24,000 nucleotides of DNA from Brenneria roseae subsp. roseae (GTDB lineage: Bacteria; Pseudomonadota; Gammaproteobacteria; Enterobacterales; Enterobacteriaceae): positions 124,920 through 148,919 of the forward strand of contig NZ_KZ819023.1 in NCBI RefSeq assembly GCF_003115845.1, read 5' to 3'. Position numbers and translations under genes: made by a program. Positions 10,098-18,997 of this stretch are shown here, piece after piece. The notes under the pieces are model-generated. The model saw only the letters and a program-made list of their open reading frames with translations. It did no database searches and was not told where the DNA came from. Position 1 is the stretch's first letter, and every line of letters begins with the position of its first letter.

Positions 10098-10122
10098 TTA
10101 CTCAGGAGCACACTCAATTATG
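10098..10122 (+). promoter_or_regulatory. ptsG RBS / predicted SgrS sRNA pairing region
   Basis: TTACTCAGGAGCACACTCAATTATG differs from the E. coli leader (ATACTCAGGAGCACTCTCAATTATG, from memory) at 2 positions. In E. coli this segment base-pairs with SgrS. Confidence 0.4.
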
Positions 10123-11553
10123 TTTAAGAACGCATTCGCAAACCTGCAAAAAGTAGGTAAGTCGCTGATGCTGCCCGTATCCGTACTCCCTATCGCAGGT
10201 ATTCTGCTGGGTGTCGGTGCGGCCAACTTCAGCTGGTTACCTGAGGTTGTATCCCATGTTATGGCGGAAGCTGGCGGATCTGTTTTCGCCAACATGCCGT
10301 TGATTTTCGCTATCGGTGTCGCTCTGGGGTTCACCAATAATGACGGTGTTTCAGCACTTGCGGCGGTCGTAGCCTACGGCATTATGGTGAAAACCATGGC
10401 GGTGGTTGCTCCCCTGGTGTTGCATCTGTCGGCGGCGGAAATTGAAGCGCAGCATTTGGCGGATACCGGCGTACTCGGCGGGATTATCGCCGGTTCTATT
10501 GCCGCGTATATGTTTAACCGCTTTTATCGCATTCAGCTGCCGGAATACCTCGGTTTCTTCGCAGGTAAACGTTTTGTGCCGATTATTTCCGGTCTGGTCG
10601 CCATCGTGCTCGGCATCGTGCTGTCCTTCATCTGGCCACCGGTCGGGCGCGCTATCCAGGCATTCTCTCAGTGGGGCGCATATCAAAACCCGGTACTGGC
10701 ATTCGGCTTGTACGGTATTGTTGAACGTTCTCTGGTGCCTTTCGGTCTGCACCATATCTGGAACGTACCTTTCCAGATGCAGATCGGTGAATTTACCAAT
10801 GCGGCGGGTCAGGTGTTCCACGGCGATATTCCTCGCTATATGGCAGGCGACCCGACTGCGGGTAAACTGTCTGGTGGTTTCCTGTTTAAAATGTATGGTC
10901 TGCCAGCTGCGGCCATCGCGATTTGGCACTCTGCCAAACCGGAAAACCGCGCCAAAGTCGGCGGTATCATGATCTCTGCGGCGTTGACGTCTTTCCTTAC
11001 CGGGATTACCGAACCCATTGAGTTCTCTTTCCTGTTTGTTGCGCCGATCCTGTATGTGATCCATGCGATTCTGGCTGGTCTGGCATTCCCGATTTGTATT
11101 CTGCTGGGTATGCGTGACGGTACGAGCTTCTCTCATGGTCTGATCGACTTTGTCGTGCTGAGCGGAAACGGTAGCAACCTGTGGCTGTTCCCGATCGTTG
11201 GTCTGTGCTATGCATTGATTTACTACACCATTTTCCGCGTGCTGATTGCCAGGCTGAATCTGAAAACACCGGGTCGCGAAGAGTCGTCTTCCGAACAGGT
11301 CGCTCAGGATAGCACTGAGATGGCGGCGGCACTGGTTACTGCCTTCGGTGGTAAAGAAAACATCACTAATCTGGATGCTTGTATCACTCGTCTGCGCGTT
11401 AGCGTAGGGGATGTATCAAAAGTGAATCAGGCGGGTTTGAAACAGTTGGGTGCTGCGGGTGTGGTGGTTGCGGGTTCCGGGGTTCAGGCAATTTTCGGTA
11501 CAAAATCCGATAACCTGAAAACCGACATGGACGACTACATCCGTAATCACTAA
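10120..11553 (+). CDS. ptsG: PTS glucose-specific EIICB component
   Basis: 477 aa, collinear with E. coli PtsG. It begins [27 protein letters not shown] and has the EIIC motif GITEPIEF and the EIIB phospho-cysteine site [10 protein letters not shown]. Confidence 0.97.
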   Translation: MFKNAFANLQKVGKSLMLPVSVLPIAGILLGVGAANFSWLPEVVSHVMAEAGGSVFANMPLIFAIGVALGFTNNDGVSALAAVVAYGIMVKTMAVVAPLVLHLSAAEIEAQHLADTGVLGGIIAGSIAAYMFNRFYRIQLPEYLGFFAGKRFVPIISGLVAIVLGIVLSFIWPPVGRAIQAFSQWGAYQNPVLAFGLYGIVERSLVPFGLHHIWNVPFQMQIGEFTNAAGQVFHGDIPRYMAGDPTAGKLSGGFLFKMYGLPAAAIAIWHSAKPENRAKVGGIMISAALTSFLTGITEPIEFSFLFVAPILYVIHAILAGLAFPICILLGMRDGTSFSHGLIDFVVLSGNGSNLWLFPIVGLCYALIYYTIFRVLIARLNLKTPGREESSSEQVAQDSTEMAAALVTAFGGKENITNLDACITRLRVSVGDVSKVNQAGLKQLGAAGVVVAGSGVQAIFGTKSDNLKTDMDDYIRNH

Positions 11554-11575
11554 TTAGTTGTCGGGGAGTTTCAAG

Positions 11576-11597
11576 AGGGAGCCGACAGGCTCCCTTT
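11576..11597 (+). terminator. Probable intrinsic terminator after ptsG
   Basis: GGGAGCC-GACA-GGCTCCC forms a perfect 7-bp GC-rich stem, extendable by A-T. It is followed by TTT, a short T-run. It starts 23 nt after the ptsG stop. Confidence 0.55.
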
Positions 11598-11870
11598 CAG
11601 ACAGTTGACCAACCTCTTCATTATCGCCGTTCATCTCATTAAAACTTTCCGGCATCGTTGTGTACCTTAATCGGGCCAGTTCATTTCAATTTCATCCATC
11701 GTCTGTTTTTCCGCGCTTGAAATAAATCGCAACTCTGATTTTGCTTTGTCGCTACAAGAATCTGATCGATTGCCGATAAAACTATATGAATCGTCCTTTT
11801 CGCCAGAAACAGGCGGTAAAGCCAGATCGTGGTGCGGGATTAATTTATAAATCACCTGCTGGGCCTATAT

Positions 11871-11900
11871 GTGACACGCTGATATAAAAAAATTTATATT
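11871..11900 (+). promoter_or_regulatory. Putative sigma70 promoter of the PAS-GGDEF-EAL gene
   Basis: gTGACA (11871-11876), 18 nt, TATAtT (11895-11900). The -10 element lies within an AT palindrome, ATATAAA-AAAA-TTTATAT (11882-11899). The site is about 70 nt upstream of ATG 11972. Confidence 0.3.
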
Positions 11901-11971
11901 GAGTTTTCCAGCCTGGGGGAGGAGTGGTTTCCTCGTTGTCGTCAGTCGTTGGCCTGCAAGGAAAGTCCATC

Positions 11972-14548
11972 ATGCATACAGCCATTAATAGTTCCAGATT
12001 CGATGTGTTCAGGCAGGTTGTTGAGCAGTCTGTCGATGCCAAAGTGGTTATTGACGAAAACGGACAAATTGTTTTTTTTAATACCGCCGCGGAAGCGCTG
12101 TGGGGAGAACGCCGGGAGGATGTGCTTGGCCGGAAAGTCAGTCTTCTGATTCCCGATATGCATCCTTCTCCAACATGTAGCCAACTTGATGAACACTTTG
12201 TTCGTGTTTTGGGGGAGATGGCAGGCACCTACCGTGATATCTCGATCAATCTGATGGATGGCGCGGGGATTAAAACTATCGAGATCGGCCTGTCGCGGAT
12301 TAGCACGGCTGAACGGGTTTTCTATCTGGCTATTGCCAGGGATGTCTCCGTGGCTCGCCAGCAAGAGGAAGAGCGCCGCCTTCTGTCTCAGGCGCTGAAT
12401 GAGAGCGAATCAGCCATTTATATCACGGATGCTGACTGGCGCATCATCTATCTCAATGACGGTTTCACCCGGATGCTGGGCTACACGCTGGCAACCACGC
12501 AGGGGAAAAATCCCCCGCAGTTGCTGAGCCCGCAATCAACCAGCGCTCACAATGCGGCGGTATGGGAATTATTCAGGCAGGGTAAGCCATTCAGGGGCAA
12601 CCAGCTGTTATATCGGCGCGATGGCCGACGCCTGTGGGGAAATATTATGGAAACCCCCATTCACGATGACCAGGGGAATATTTCCCATATTGTCGGTGTG
12701 CTTACCGATATCACACAGGCGCAGATGTATCAATCCCTGCACCAGCAGGTGCTGGAGGATCTGGTTCGCGAGCAACCGTTGGAACTGGTGATGGAGCAGA
12801 TGTGTCGTCTTATTGAATCCATTCTCCCTGATACTATCGCCTCAATTATTCGGGTGGATGAACAGCAGTGTCTGCGCGCTCTGGCCGCTCCCAGCCTGCC
12901 TGCCGAATATATGCATTCATTCGATGGTTTGCCGATCGGCCCGTTGGTTGGATCCTGTGGCACCGCGGCTTTCCTGAACGAGTCGGTCGTGGTCACCGAC
13001 ATTGCACAAGATCCTCGCTGGGAGACGTGCCGCGATCGGGCTTTGGAACTGGGTTTACGCGCCTGTTGGTCAAGCCCCATTCGCAGCGGTGATGGCCGGG
13101 TGATCGGAACCTTCGCTTTTTATTTTCCCCAATGCCGTGAACCTGACATTTTGCACCGGGAAATCGCCGATATATGCACCCACTTATGTGCGCTGGCGTT
13201 AGAGCGTGAGGACGCCCGCCGTGATATCCGCCAACTGGCATTCTTCGATACGTTGACGGGACTGCCCAATCGAAATCTGCTGCTGGCCCAGGCCGATCGG
13301 ATGATTGAAGAGGTTGCGCGGGAAGGCGCTCCTTTGGCGGTACTGTTTATCGATTTGGATCACTTCAAGGCGATTAACGACGCCTACGGCCATGCGACCG
13401 GCGATGAACTGTTGCGCACGATTGCCGACCGAGTGCGGCAGGTCGCACAGGCATCGGATATCGTCGGCCGACTGTCCGGTGATGAGTTCGTTATTGTCCT
13501 GCCACACTGCGGCGAGGAGCAGGTCGTTGACATCCTCGAACGGCTACGCGGCGTGATTAGCCAGCCTTGCCAACTGGCTGGTATTACCGTGACGCCACAG
13601 TCCAGCATCGGTATCAGTCTGTATCCACATGACGGCAACGACATGACCACGCTGTTATTACACGCCGATCTGGCGATGTATCAGGCCAAACGGACCAGCC
13701 GTGGCGGTTTGAGTTTCTACAACAAGGAAATGAATATTGTTGCACGCGAGCGCATGACGATGGAGCATGAACTGCGTCTGGCGCTGGCTAATAAATCACT
13801 GAGTCTGGCCTGGCAGCCGCAGGTGAGACTGCGGGATGGCGAACTGAGCGGCGTAGAGGTGCTTGCCCGCTGGTATCATCCTGAGCTGGGATATATCCCG
13901 CCTGCGCGTTTTATTCCGCTGGCCGAAGAGAGCGGCCTGATCCACCAGCTTAGCGACTGGGTATTGGATACCGCTTGTCAGCAACTTGTCCAGTGGCGCA
14001 ATGCGGGTATTTCCGTGCCCGTCATTTCGATCAATCTCTCCCCGGCAAGTTTCCATAATCCGGATCTTCCCGCGGCGCTTTTTCGTACGCTGGAAAGATA
14101 TGGTCTGAAAGCAGCCGATCTGGTCATCGAAATCACGGAAAATATTCTGCTCGATAATCATCCTAATATCCTGACCTCAATAACCGCGATTCATCGCAGC
14201 GGCATCCAATTGTCCATTGACGATTTCGGTACGGGGTATTCCAGTCTGGGCTATCTGCGTCGGTTGCCGATCAGCGAACTCAAACTGGACAAGAGTTTTG
14301 TGGACGATCTTGAGCACGATGCCGCCAGCCGGGCGCTGAGCAAGGCGGTGGTCGGCATTGGCGAAGGTCTTGACCTCCGGCTGGTGGCGGAGGGGATTGA
14401 AAGGCGCGGGCAACTGGAAATTTTGCAGGAGCATGGATATCAGTCAGGTCAGGGATATCTGTTTTCAAAACCGCTGCCCGCCTCGGCCTTTGAGACGTGG
14501 CTGGCCGAATACTCGGCTAAACCAGGCGATATACAATCCGATGAGTAA
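11972..14548 (+). CDS. PAS-PAS-GAF-GGDEF-EAL c-di-GMP signalling protein (SGDEF variant cyclase domain plus intact-looking EAL phosphodiesterase domain)
   Basis: **Start:** ATG 11972 is preferred because AAGGAAAG lies 6 nt upstream. The track GTG 11924 sits only 1 nt after its GGAGG.
**Domains read from the translation:**
- PAS1: VVIDENGQIVFFNTAAEALWG.
- PAS2: IYITDADWRIIYLNDGFTRMLGY..ISHIVGVLTDITQ.
- GAF: GSCGTAAFLNESVVVTDI..GRVIGTFAFYF.
- GGDEF: FFDTLTGLPNR, FIDLDHFKAINDAYGH, RLSGDEF.
- EAL: EVLARW, NLSP, EITE, DDFGTGYSSL, KLDKSF, EGIE, QGYLFSKP. Confidence 0.9.
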   Translation: MHTAINSSRFDVFRQVVEQSVDAKVVIDENGQIVFFNTAAEALWGERREDVLGRKVSLLIPDMHPSPTCSQLDEHFVRVLGEMAGTYRDISINLMDGAGIKTIEIGLSRISTAERVFYLAIARDVSVARQQEEERRLLSQALNESESAIYITDADWRIIYLNDGFTRMLGYTLATTQGKNPPQLLSPQSTSAHNAAVWELFRQGKPFRGNQLLYRRDGRRLWGNIMETPIHDDQGNISHIVGVLTDITQAQMYQSLHQQVLEDLVREQPLELVMEQMCRLIESILPDTIASIIRVDEQQCLRALAAPSLPAEYMHSFDGLPIGPLVGSCGTAAFLNESVVVTDIAQDPRWETCRDRALELGLRACWSSPIRSGDGRVIGTFAFYFPQCREPDILHREIADICTHLCALALEREDARRDIRQLAFFDTLTGLPNRNLLLAQADRMIEEVAREGAPLAVLFIDLDHFKAINDAYGHATGDELLRTIADRVRQVAQASDIVGRLSGDEFVIVLPHCGEEQVVDILERLRGVISQPCQLAGITVTPQSSIGISLYPHDGNDMTTLLLHADLAMYQAKRTSRGGLSFYNKEMNIVARERMTMEHELRLALANKSLSLAWQPQVRLRDGELSGVEVLARWYHPELGYIPPARFIPLAEESGLIHQLSDWVLDTACQQLVQWRNAGISVPVISINLSPASFHNPDLPAALFRTLERYGLKAADLVIEITENILLDNHPNILTSITAIHRSGIQLSIDDFGTGYSSLGYLRRLPISELKLDKSFVDDLEHDAASRALSKAVVGIGEGLDLRLVAEGIERRGQLEILQEHGYQSGQGYLFSKPLPASAFETWLAEYSAKPGDIQSDE

Positions 14549-14647
14549 TTGTCCCGTTCAATACGTTAAAAATGGTACGTAAGGTTCTCCTGACCGGCGT
14601 GATTGGGCGACAGATTATCCGTTTGAATCACAAATAAACGAAGAAGG

Positions 14648-14677
14648 TTGAAAGAAATGGAATATGTCACTCATACT
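14648..14677 (+). promoter_or_regulatory. Putative hinT operon promoter
   Basis: TTGAAA (14648-14653), 18 nt, CATACT (14672-14677), about 45 nt upstream of the hinT ATG. This is a hexamer match only. Confidence 0.25.
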
Positions 14678-14722
14678 GCCTACATGACTTTGATCTGAGT
14701 TTGTTTAAAAAGGAAATCAATC

Positions 14723-15073
14723 ATGGCTGAAGAAACCATTTTTAGTAAAATTATCCGCCGGGAAATTCCTGCCGATATCGTTTACCAGGATGAACTGGTA
14801 ACCGCCTTTCGTGATATTGCGCCACGCGCACCAACCCACATTCTGATTATTCCTAACGAACTGATCCCGACGGTCAATGAGACCACGGCAGAACATGAAG
14901 CCGCGCTGGGACGCATGATCACCGTCGCAGGAAAGATTGCCCGTCAGGAAGGTATTGCAGACGACGGTTATCGCCTGATTATCAACTGCAATCGCCATGG
15001 CGGGCAGGAAGTCTACCATGTACATATGCACCTGCTGGGCGGCCGTGCGCTGGGGCCTTTGTTGGCTCACTAA
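14723..15073 (+). CDS. hinT: Purine nucleoside phosphoramidase (HIT family)
   Basis: 116 aa. The N-terminus [16 protein letters not shown] matches E. coli HinT, and it has the histidine-triad motif HVHMHLLGG. Confidence 0.95.
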   Translation: MAEETIFSKIIRREIPADIVYQDELVTAFRDIAPRAPTHILIIPNELIPTVNETTAEHEAALGRMITVAGKIARQEGIADDGYRLIINCNRHGGQEVYHVHMHLLGGRALGPLLAH

Positions 15074-15084
15074 TGGAGTTTACG

Positions 15085-15468
15085 ATGCGTAATCCGATGA
15101 TGCGATGTTTGTCACTCTTGTTGATGACCGGCGTATTGATCGCGTGTAGTTCGCCAAAGGTACTAACGATCAATGAACGACAAACATTGGTACTGGATGC
15201 TCCTCTGCTATCGGCCGGGATTACGGCTGGCGCGCCTTCTCTTGATTCGGAAAACGGTAAACGACGCGCGTCTTCTGTCGTCAGTAACCACACGGAGCAA
15301 CCTGTCACCGTGCATTACCGTTTCTATTGGTATGATGATAATGGGCTGGATATATTGCCGTATGACGATGCGCAAACCCTTGTGCTCCCACCTCGGGCGG
15401 AAATAAAAATTTCTTCAACGCGCGGCAATCCTGATGTGCGTCAGGTTCGCCTTCATCTATTTTTGTAG
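15085..15468 (+). CDS. ycfL: Lipoprotein YcfL
   Basis: It has a signal peptide with a lipobox (MRNPMMRCLSLLLMTGVLIAC) and the conserved PVTVHYRFYWYD motif. ATG 15085 is preferred over track ATG 15073. GGAG (15075-15078) lies 6 nt upstream of it, and the resulting 127 aa matches E. coli YcfL (~125 aa). Confidence 0.85.
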   Translation: MRNPMMRCLSLLLMTGVLIACSSPKVLTINERQTLVLDAPLLSAGITAGAPSLDSENGKRRASSVVSNHTEQPVTVHYRFYWYDDNGLDILPYDDAQTLVLPPRAEIKISSTRGNPDVRQVRLHLFL

Positions 15469-15489
15469 TGGTGTGTTGAGAGAGGAAAT

Positions 15490-16065
15490 ATGAAAAAGTA
15501 TCTAGGAGTGGCGTTGGCCGTGCTGGTATTGACGGGGTGTCCAAGTCGTCCACCTGAACCTGTTGAACCGCCCGTGACGATCGAACCGGTAGAACCGCCG
15601 GTTCCGGTGACGCCACCGCCGGGGGAACCGGTCCCGCCGCCGCCAAAAATTCAAACGTTGAACTGGGAAGCCAGTATCAATCCGCTGATTGCGCAAATGC
15701 TGAAAGCAGACGGCGTGGCGCAGGGCAGTATCCTGTTGCTGGATAGCGTGAAGAATAACACCAATGGCGCGTTGCAAACGGCGAATGCCAATAACGCGCT
15801 ATATAACGCGTTGTCATCCAGCAATACCTTTACGCTGGTGCCGCGCGAACAGCTGGCTGCGGCGAAGCAGACATTAGGATTATCGGTGGATGATAGCCTG
15901 GGATCGCGTAGTAAGGCGATTGGGTTGGCTCGGTACGTCAGTGCGCAATATGTGTTGTACAGCGATATAAGTGGCGATGTGAAATCACCCGAAATCGATA
16001 TGCAACTGATGCTGGTGCAGACCGGCGAAATTGTCTGGTCAGGTAATGGATCCATTCAACATTAA
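15490..16065 (+). CDS. lpoB: Penicillin-binding protein 1B activator LpoB (lipoprotein)
   Basis: 191 aa. It has the lipobox LTGC and a Pro-rich linker (PPEPVEPPVTIEPVEPPVPVTPPPGEPVPPPP). The C-terminal domain ends MQLMLVQTGEIVWSG, as in E. coli LpoB. Confidence 0.9.
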   Translation: MKKYLGVALAVLVLTGCPSRPPEPVEPPVTIEPVEPPVPVTPPPGEPVPPPPKIQTLNWEASINPLIAQMLKADGVAQGSILLLDSVKNNTNGALQTANANNALYNALSSSNTFTLVPREQLAAAKQTLGLSVDDSLGSRSKAIGLARYVSAQYVLYSDISGDVKSPEIDMQLMLVQTGEIVWSGNGSIQH

Positions 16066-16906
16066 ACAGCAGCTTACTGAGCTTGTTCATCAGTTTTTTC
16101 CGGCGGTAGATACCGCCGGTTTTCATTTCGAACCTATCAGCGGGCTCAGCAGTGAAAGCTGGCGCATCACCGGACCTGATAGTGAGTGGCTGGCGCGTCC
16201 GCAATCGGTATTGGGGCGCCAGACGGGCACCGATCGTCAACGAGAGTTTCATCTGCTACGGCAGATGGCCGCAGCCGGGTTGGCTCCGCGTCCGCTGTTA
16301 TGGCGGCACGACTGGTTGATTATTGAGTGGGTGCCAGGACGTATCGCGACGGCGGATGAGTTTACCGCTTTACTGACCCGCGGCGCGCTGGCGGGCTGTT
16401 TGTCCCGCATTCATCAACAGCCATGCAGCGGTTATCCGTTGGATCTGCGCAAGCTGTTTTCCCGGCACTGGCAGCAGATGGATCCGCGCCGACGTTCTCC
16501 GGCGCTGCTGCGGTGGCATCAGCATTTTCAACGGTTGCCACTGCCGGCGTGGTTAGCCTGTGCGCCATTACATCTGGATGTTCATGCCGATAATATGTTG
16601 TTAACCCCGAATGGTATGATGCTTATCGATTGGGAATATGCGTCAGATGGCGATATCGCTTTTGAAATGGCCTTCATTTTTCGGGCGAATCAGATGGATA
16701 CGCCGGCACAGATCAATTTTTTAGAAACGTATCAGCGACATCGTCCCGGATTTACTGTTGAACGGCTGTATCGGCACGTTGTGCCGTGGTTGCCCTGGGT
16801 CGATTATCTGGTGCTGATGTGGTTCGAAGTCCGTTGGCAGCAAACGCGGCAGGACAGATTTTTGCAGGCGCTTCCAACCTTGCGCAGGCAACTGGGGTTA
16901 AATTAA
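16046..16906 (+). CDS. thiK: Thiamine kinase
   Basis: It has the kinase-like motifs PLHLDVHADN and LIDWEYASDGDIAFE (E. coli ThiK: PLHMDVHAGN, LIDWEYAGDGDIALE). ATG 16046 is preferred to track TTG 16031. The gene overlaps the lpoB 3' end by 20 nt. Confidence 0.85.
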   Translation: MDPFNIKQQLTELVHQFFPAVDTAGFHFEPISGLSSESWRITGPDSEWLARPQSVLGRQTGTDRQREFHLLRQMAAAGLAPRPLLWRHDWLIIEWVPGRIATADEFTALLTRGALAGCLSRIHQQPCSGYPLDLRKLFSRHWQQMDPRRRSPALLRWHQHFQRLPLPAWLACAPLHLDVHADNMLLTPNGMMLIDWEYASDGDIAFEMAFIFRANQMDTPAQINFLETYQRHRPGFTVERLYRHVVPWLPWVDYLVLMWFEVRWQQTRQDRFLQALPTLRRQLGLN

Positions 16907-16977
16907 ACATCGCTTTCAGATCGGTGAAAGGGACGTTTTTCTGACAGACGTAACGAACAGTAAAGAATGAGGTTTGT

Positions 16978-18003
16978 GTGGGTCCGGTAATGTTAGATGT
17001 TGCCAGCTATGAGCTGGACGCGGAAGATCGTGAAGTATTGGCGCATCCGCTCGTCGGCGGCGTGATTTTATTTACGCGCAATTTCCATGATGCGGAACAA
17101 CTACGTGAGTTGGTTCGCCAGATTCGCGCCGCATCGCGCACGCGTCTGGTAGTGTCGGTCGATCAGGAAGGCGGACGCGTTCAACGTTTCCGCGAGGGGT
17201 TTACCCGTTTGCCGGCCGCGCAGGCATTTGCCGCATTGAATACGGAAACAGAGGCGCAGAGGCTCGCGGAAGAAGCGGGTTGGCTGATGGCGGCAGAGAT
17301 GATTTCAATGGATATTGATATCAGTTTTGCTCCGGTGCTGGATATTGGTCACCAGAGCGCCGCGATTGGCGAGCGCGCTTTCCATGCCGAACCGCAAAAA
17401 GCGCTGATGATGGCGCAAAGCTTTATTCGCGGAATGCATAGCGCAGGGATGAAAGTGACGGGCAAGCATTTTCCCGGTCACGGCGCCGTCAGTGCGGATT
17501 CCCATAAGGAAACACCGCGCGATCCCCGCCCGCTGGAGACAATCCGCACCCATGACATGTTTATTTTCAGCCAGCTGATCCAGCAACAGCAACTGGACGC
17601 CATCATGCCTGCCCATGTAATTTATACTGAAGTCGATCCGCATCCTGCCAGCGGTTCGCCATTCTGGTTAAAGCAGGTCTTGCGTCAGGAACTGAATTTT
17701 AATGGCATCATCTTTTCCGACGACCTGTCAATGGAAGGCGCCGCCGTGATGGGAAGCTATCCGGAACGTGCGCAGGCTTCACTGGATGCGGGGTGCGACA
17801 TGATTCTGGTTTGCAATAACCGAAAGGGGGCGGCGAGCGTGTTGGATAATCTGTCCCCGGTCAAAGCGGAACAACTGTCCAGTTTATATCATCAAGGGGA
17901 GTTTTCCCGCAGGCAGTTGCTGGATTTGCCGCGCTGGCGGCAGACCAACCAGGCGCTGACGGCGCTGAGTGAGCGTTGGCAAGCGTATAAATCAGCAGGG
18001 TAA
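16978..18003 (+). CDS. nagZ: Beta-N-acetylhexosaminidase (GH3, peptidoglycan recycling)
   Basis: 341 aa. The GTG start gives MGPVMLDV, identical to the E. coli NagZ N-terminus. It has the motifs [18 protein letters not shown] and [11 protein letters not shown]. Confidence 0.95.
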   Translation: MGPVMLDVASYELDAEDREVLAHPLVGGVILFTRNFHDAEQLRELVRQIRAASRTRLVVSVDQEGGRVQRFREGFTRLPAAQAFAALNTETEAQRLAEEAGWLMAAEMISMDIDISFAPVLDIGHQSAAIGERAFHAEPQKALMMAQSFIRGMHSAGMKVTGKHFPGHGAVSADSHKETPRDPRPLETIRTHDMFIFSQLIQQQQLDAIMPAHVIYTEVDPHPASGSPFWLKQVLRQELNFNGIIFSDDLSMEGAAVMGSYPERAQASLDAGCDMILVCNNRKGAASVLDNLSPVKAEQLSSLYHQGEFSRRQLLDLPRWRQTNQALTALSERWQAYKSAG

Positions 18004-18073
18004 CGTAAACTCGGGAATAGACGCTTCTGCACCGTAGCCGTGGTGTATTGGTACAACAGTGGTGAGGATAGAG

Positions 18074-18616
18074 ATGATTATCTATTTACATGGTTTTGAC
18101 TCGACCAGCCCCGGTAACCATGAAAAAGTGTTGCAGCTGCAATTTATTGATGACGATGTCCGGCTGATCAGCTACAGCACGCTGCATCCGCGTCATGACA
18201 TGCAGCACTTGCTTAAGCAGGTCGATAAAACGATTCAGCATTCCAATGATGAGCGGCCACTGATTTGTGGGGTGGGACTTGGCGGTTTTTGGGCTGAGCG
18301 GGTCGGGTTCCTGTGTGATATCCGGCAGGTTATATTCAATCCAAACCTGTTTCCGCAGGAAAACATGAGCGGCAAAATCGATCGTCCGGAAGAGTATCTG
18401 GATATCGCGACCAAGTGCGTGGCGAATTTCCGCGAGAAAAACCGCGATCGTTGTCTGGTGGTGCTGTCTCGCCAGGATGAAATGCTCAATAGCCAGCGTA
18501 GTGCGCAGGCGCTGGGTAACTACTATGAAATCATCTGGGACGATGTTCAGACACACAAATTCAAGAGCATTTCTCCGCACCTGCAACGGATGAAGTCCTT
18601 TAAAACGCTGGGCTGA
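18074..18616 (+). CDS. ycfP: UPF0227 alpha/beta-hydrolase-like protein YcfP
   Basis: ATG 18074 gives [10 protein letters not shown], the same start as E. coli YcfP, and the same length (180 aa). It is preferred to track GTG 18059. The GVGLGG elbow is present. Confidence 0.92.
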   Translation: MIIYLHGFDSTSPGNHEKVLQLQFIDDDVRLISYSTLHPRHDMQHLLKQVDKTIQHSNDERPLICGVGLGGFWAERVGFLCDIRQVIFNPNLFPQENMSGKIDRPEEYLDIATKCVANFREKNRDRCLVVLSRQDEMLNSQRSAQALGNYYEIIWDDVQTHKFKSISPHLQRMKSFKTLG

Positions 18617-18847
18617 ATCACTGAAAGCAGACGCTGTCTCTATACTTCTTCAAAGGGGAGAACGGTTCAGGTTTTCTCTCCTTAGCGGGGGGGCAGGCGG
18701 ACGGCGGCCAATTTATTTACTTTCCTTACGGTGATCTTTTCCTCATCGGATGACGATGACGGCGTTCGCGTATTCCTTTCATTATCCGCTAATCAGCTGA
18801 AATAAAGATAAAACCCCGCCAGGTGTCAGCCACGGCCTGAAAATAAA

Positions 18848-18861
18848 TTGATATATATCAA
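18848..18861. promoter_or_regulatory. FNR-box (perfect TTGAT-N4-ATCAA) upstream of ndh
   Basis: TTGAT-ATAT-ATCAA matches the FNR consensus exactly. It lies 137-150 nt upstream of the ndh start. E. coli ndh is a classic FNR-repressed promoter. Confidence 0.6.
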
Positions 18862-18997
18862 TTTTGGTATGACCAAATGACCTGCCGTGATATTCTTGCA
18901 GCAGATATCGAGTTTAACTTACGCGAACCCTATGTAATATAAGGATATTATTATTTTACCCTTTATTAACCATTGGTTCACAATTTAGGGGGTCATT

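Noticed and set aside
10351-11136. 261-aa ORF on the - strand, the longest unexplained ORF in the track.
   Set aside because: It lies entirely antisense to ptsG, whose homology fully explains the region. Its translation is Arg/His/Gln-rich low-complexity sequence, typical of the reverse frame of a codon-biased gene. I saw no SD-like sequence.
11667-11855. 62-aa - strand ORF in the ptsG/PAS-GGDEF-EAL intergenic region. I considered it as a small protein or an fhuE remnant.
   Set aside because: It has a GTG start with no SD-like sequence upstream (..CCCAGCAG). I recognise no similarity to the C-terminus of a TonB-dependent receptor in any frame. Its length is not significant. It could be revisited with BLAST or ribosome profiling.
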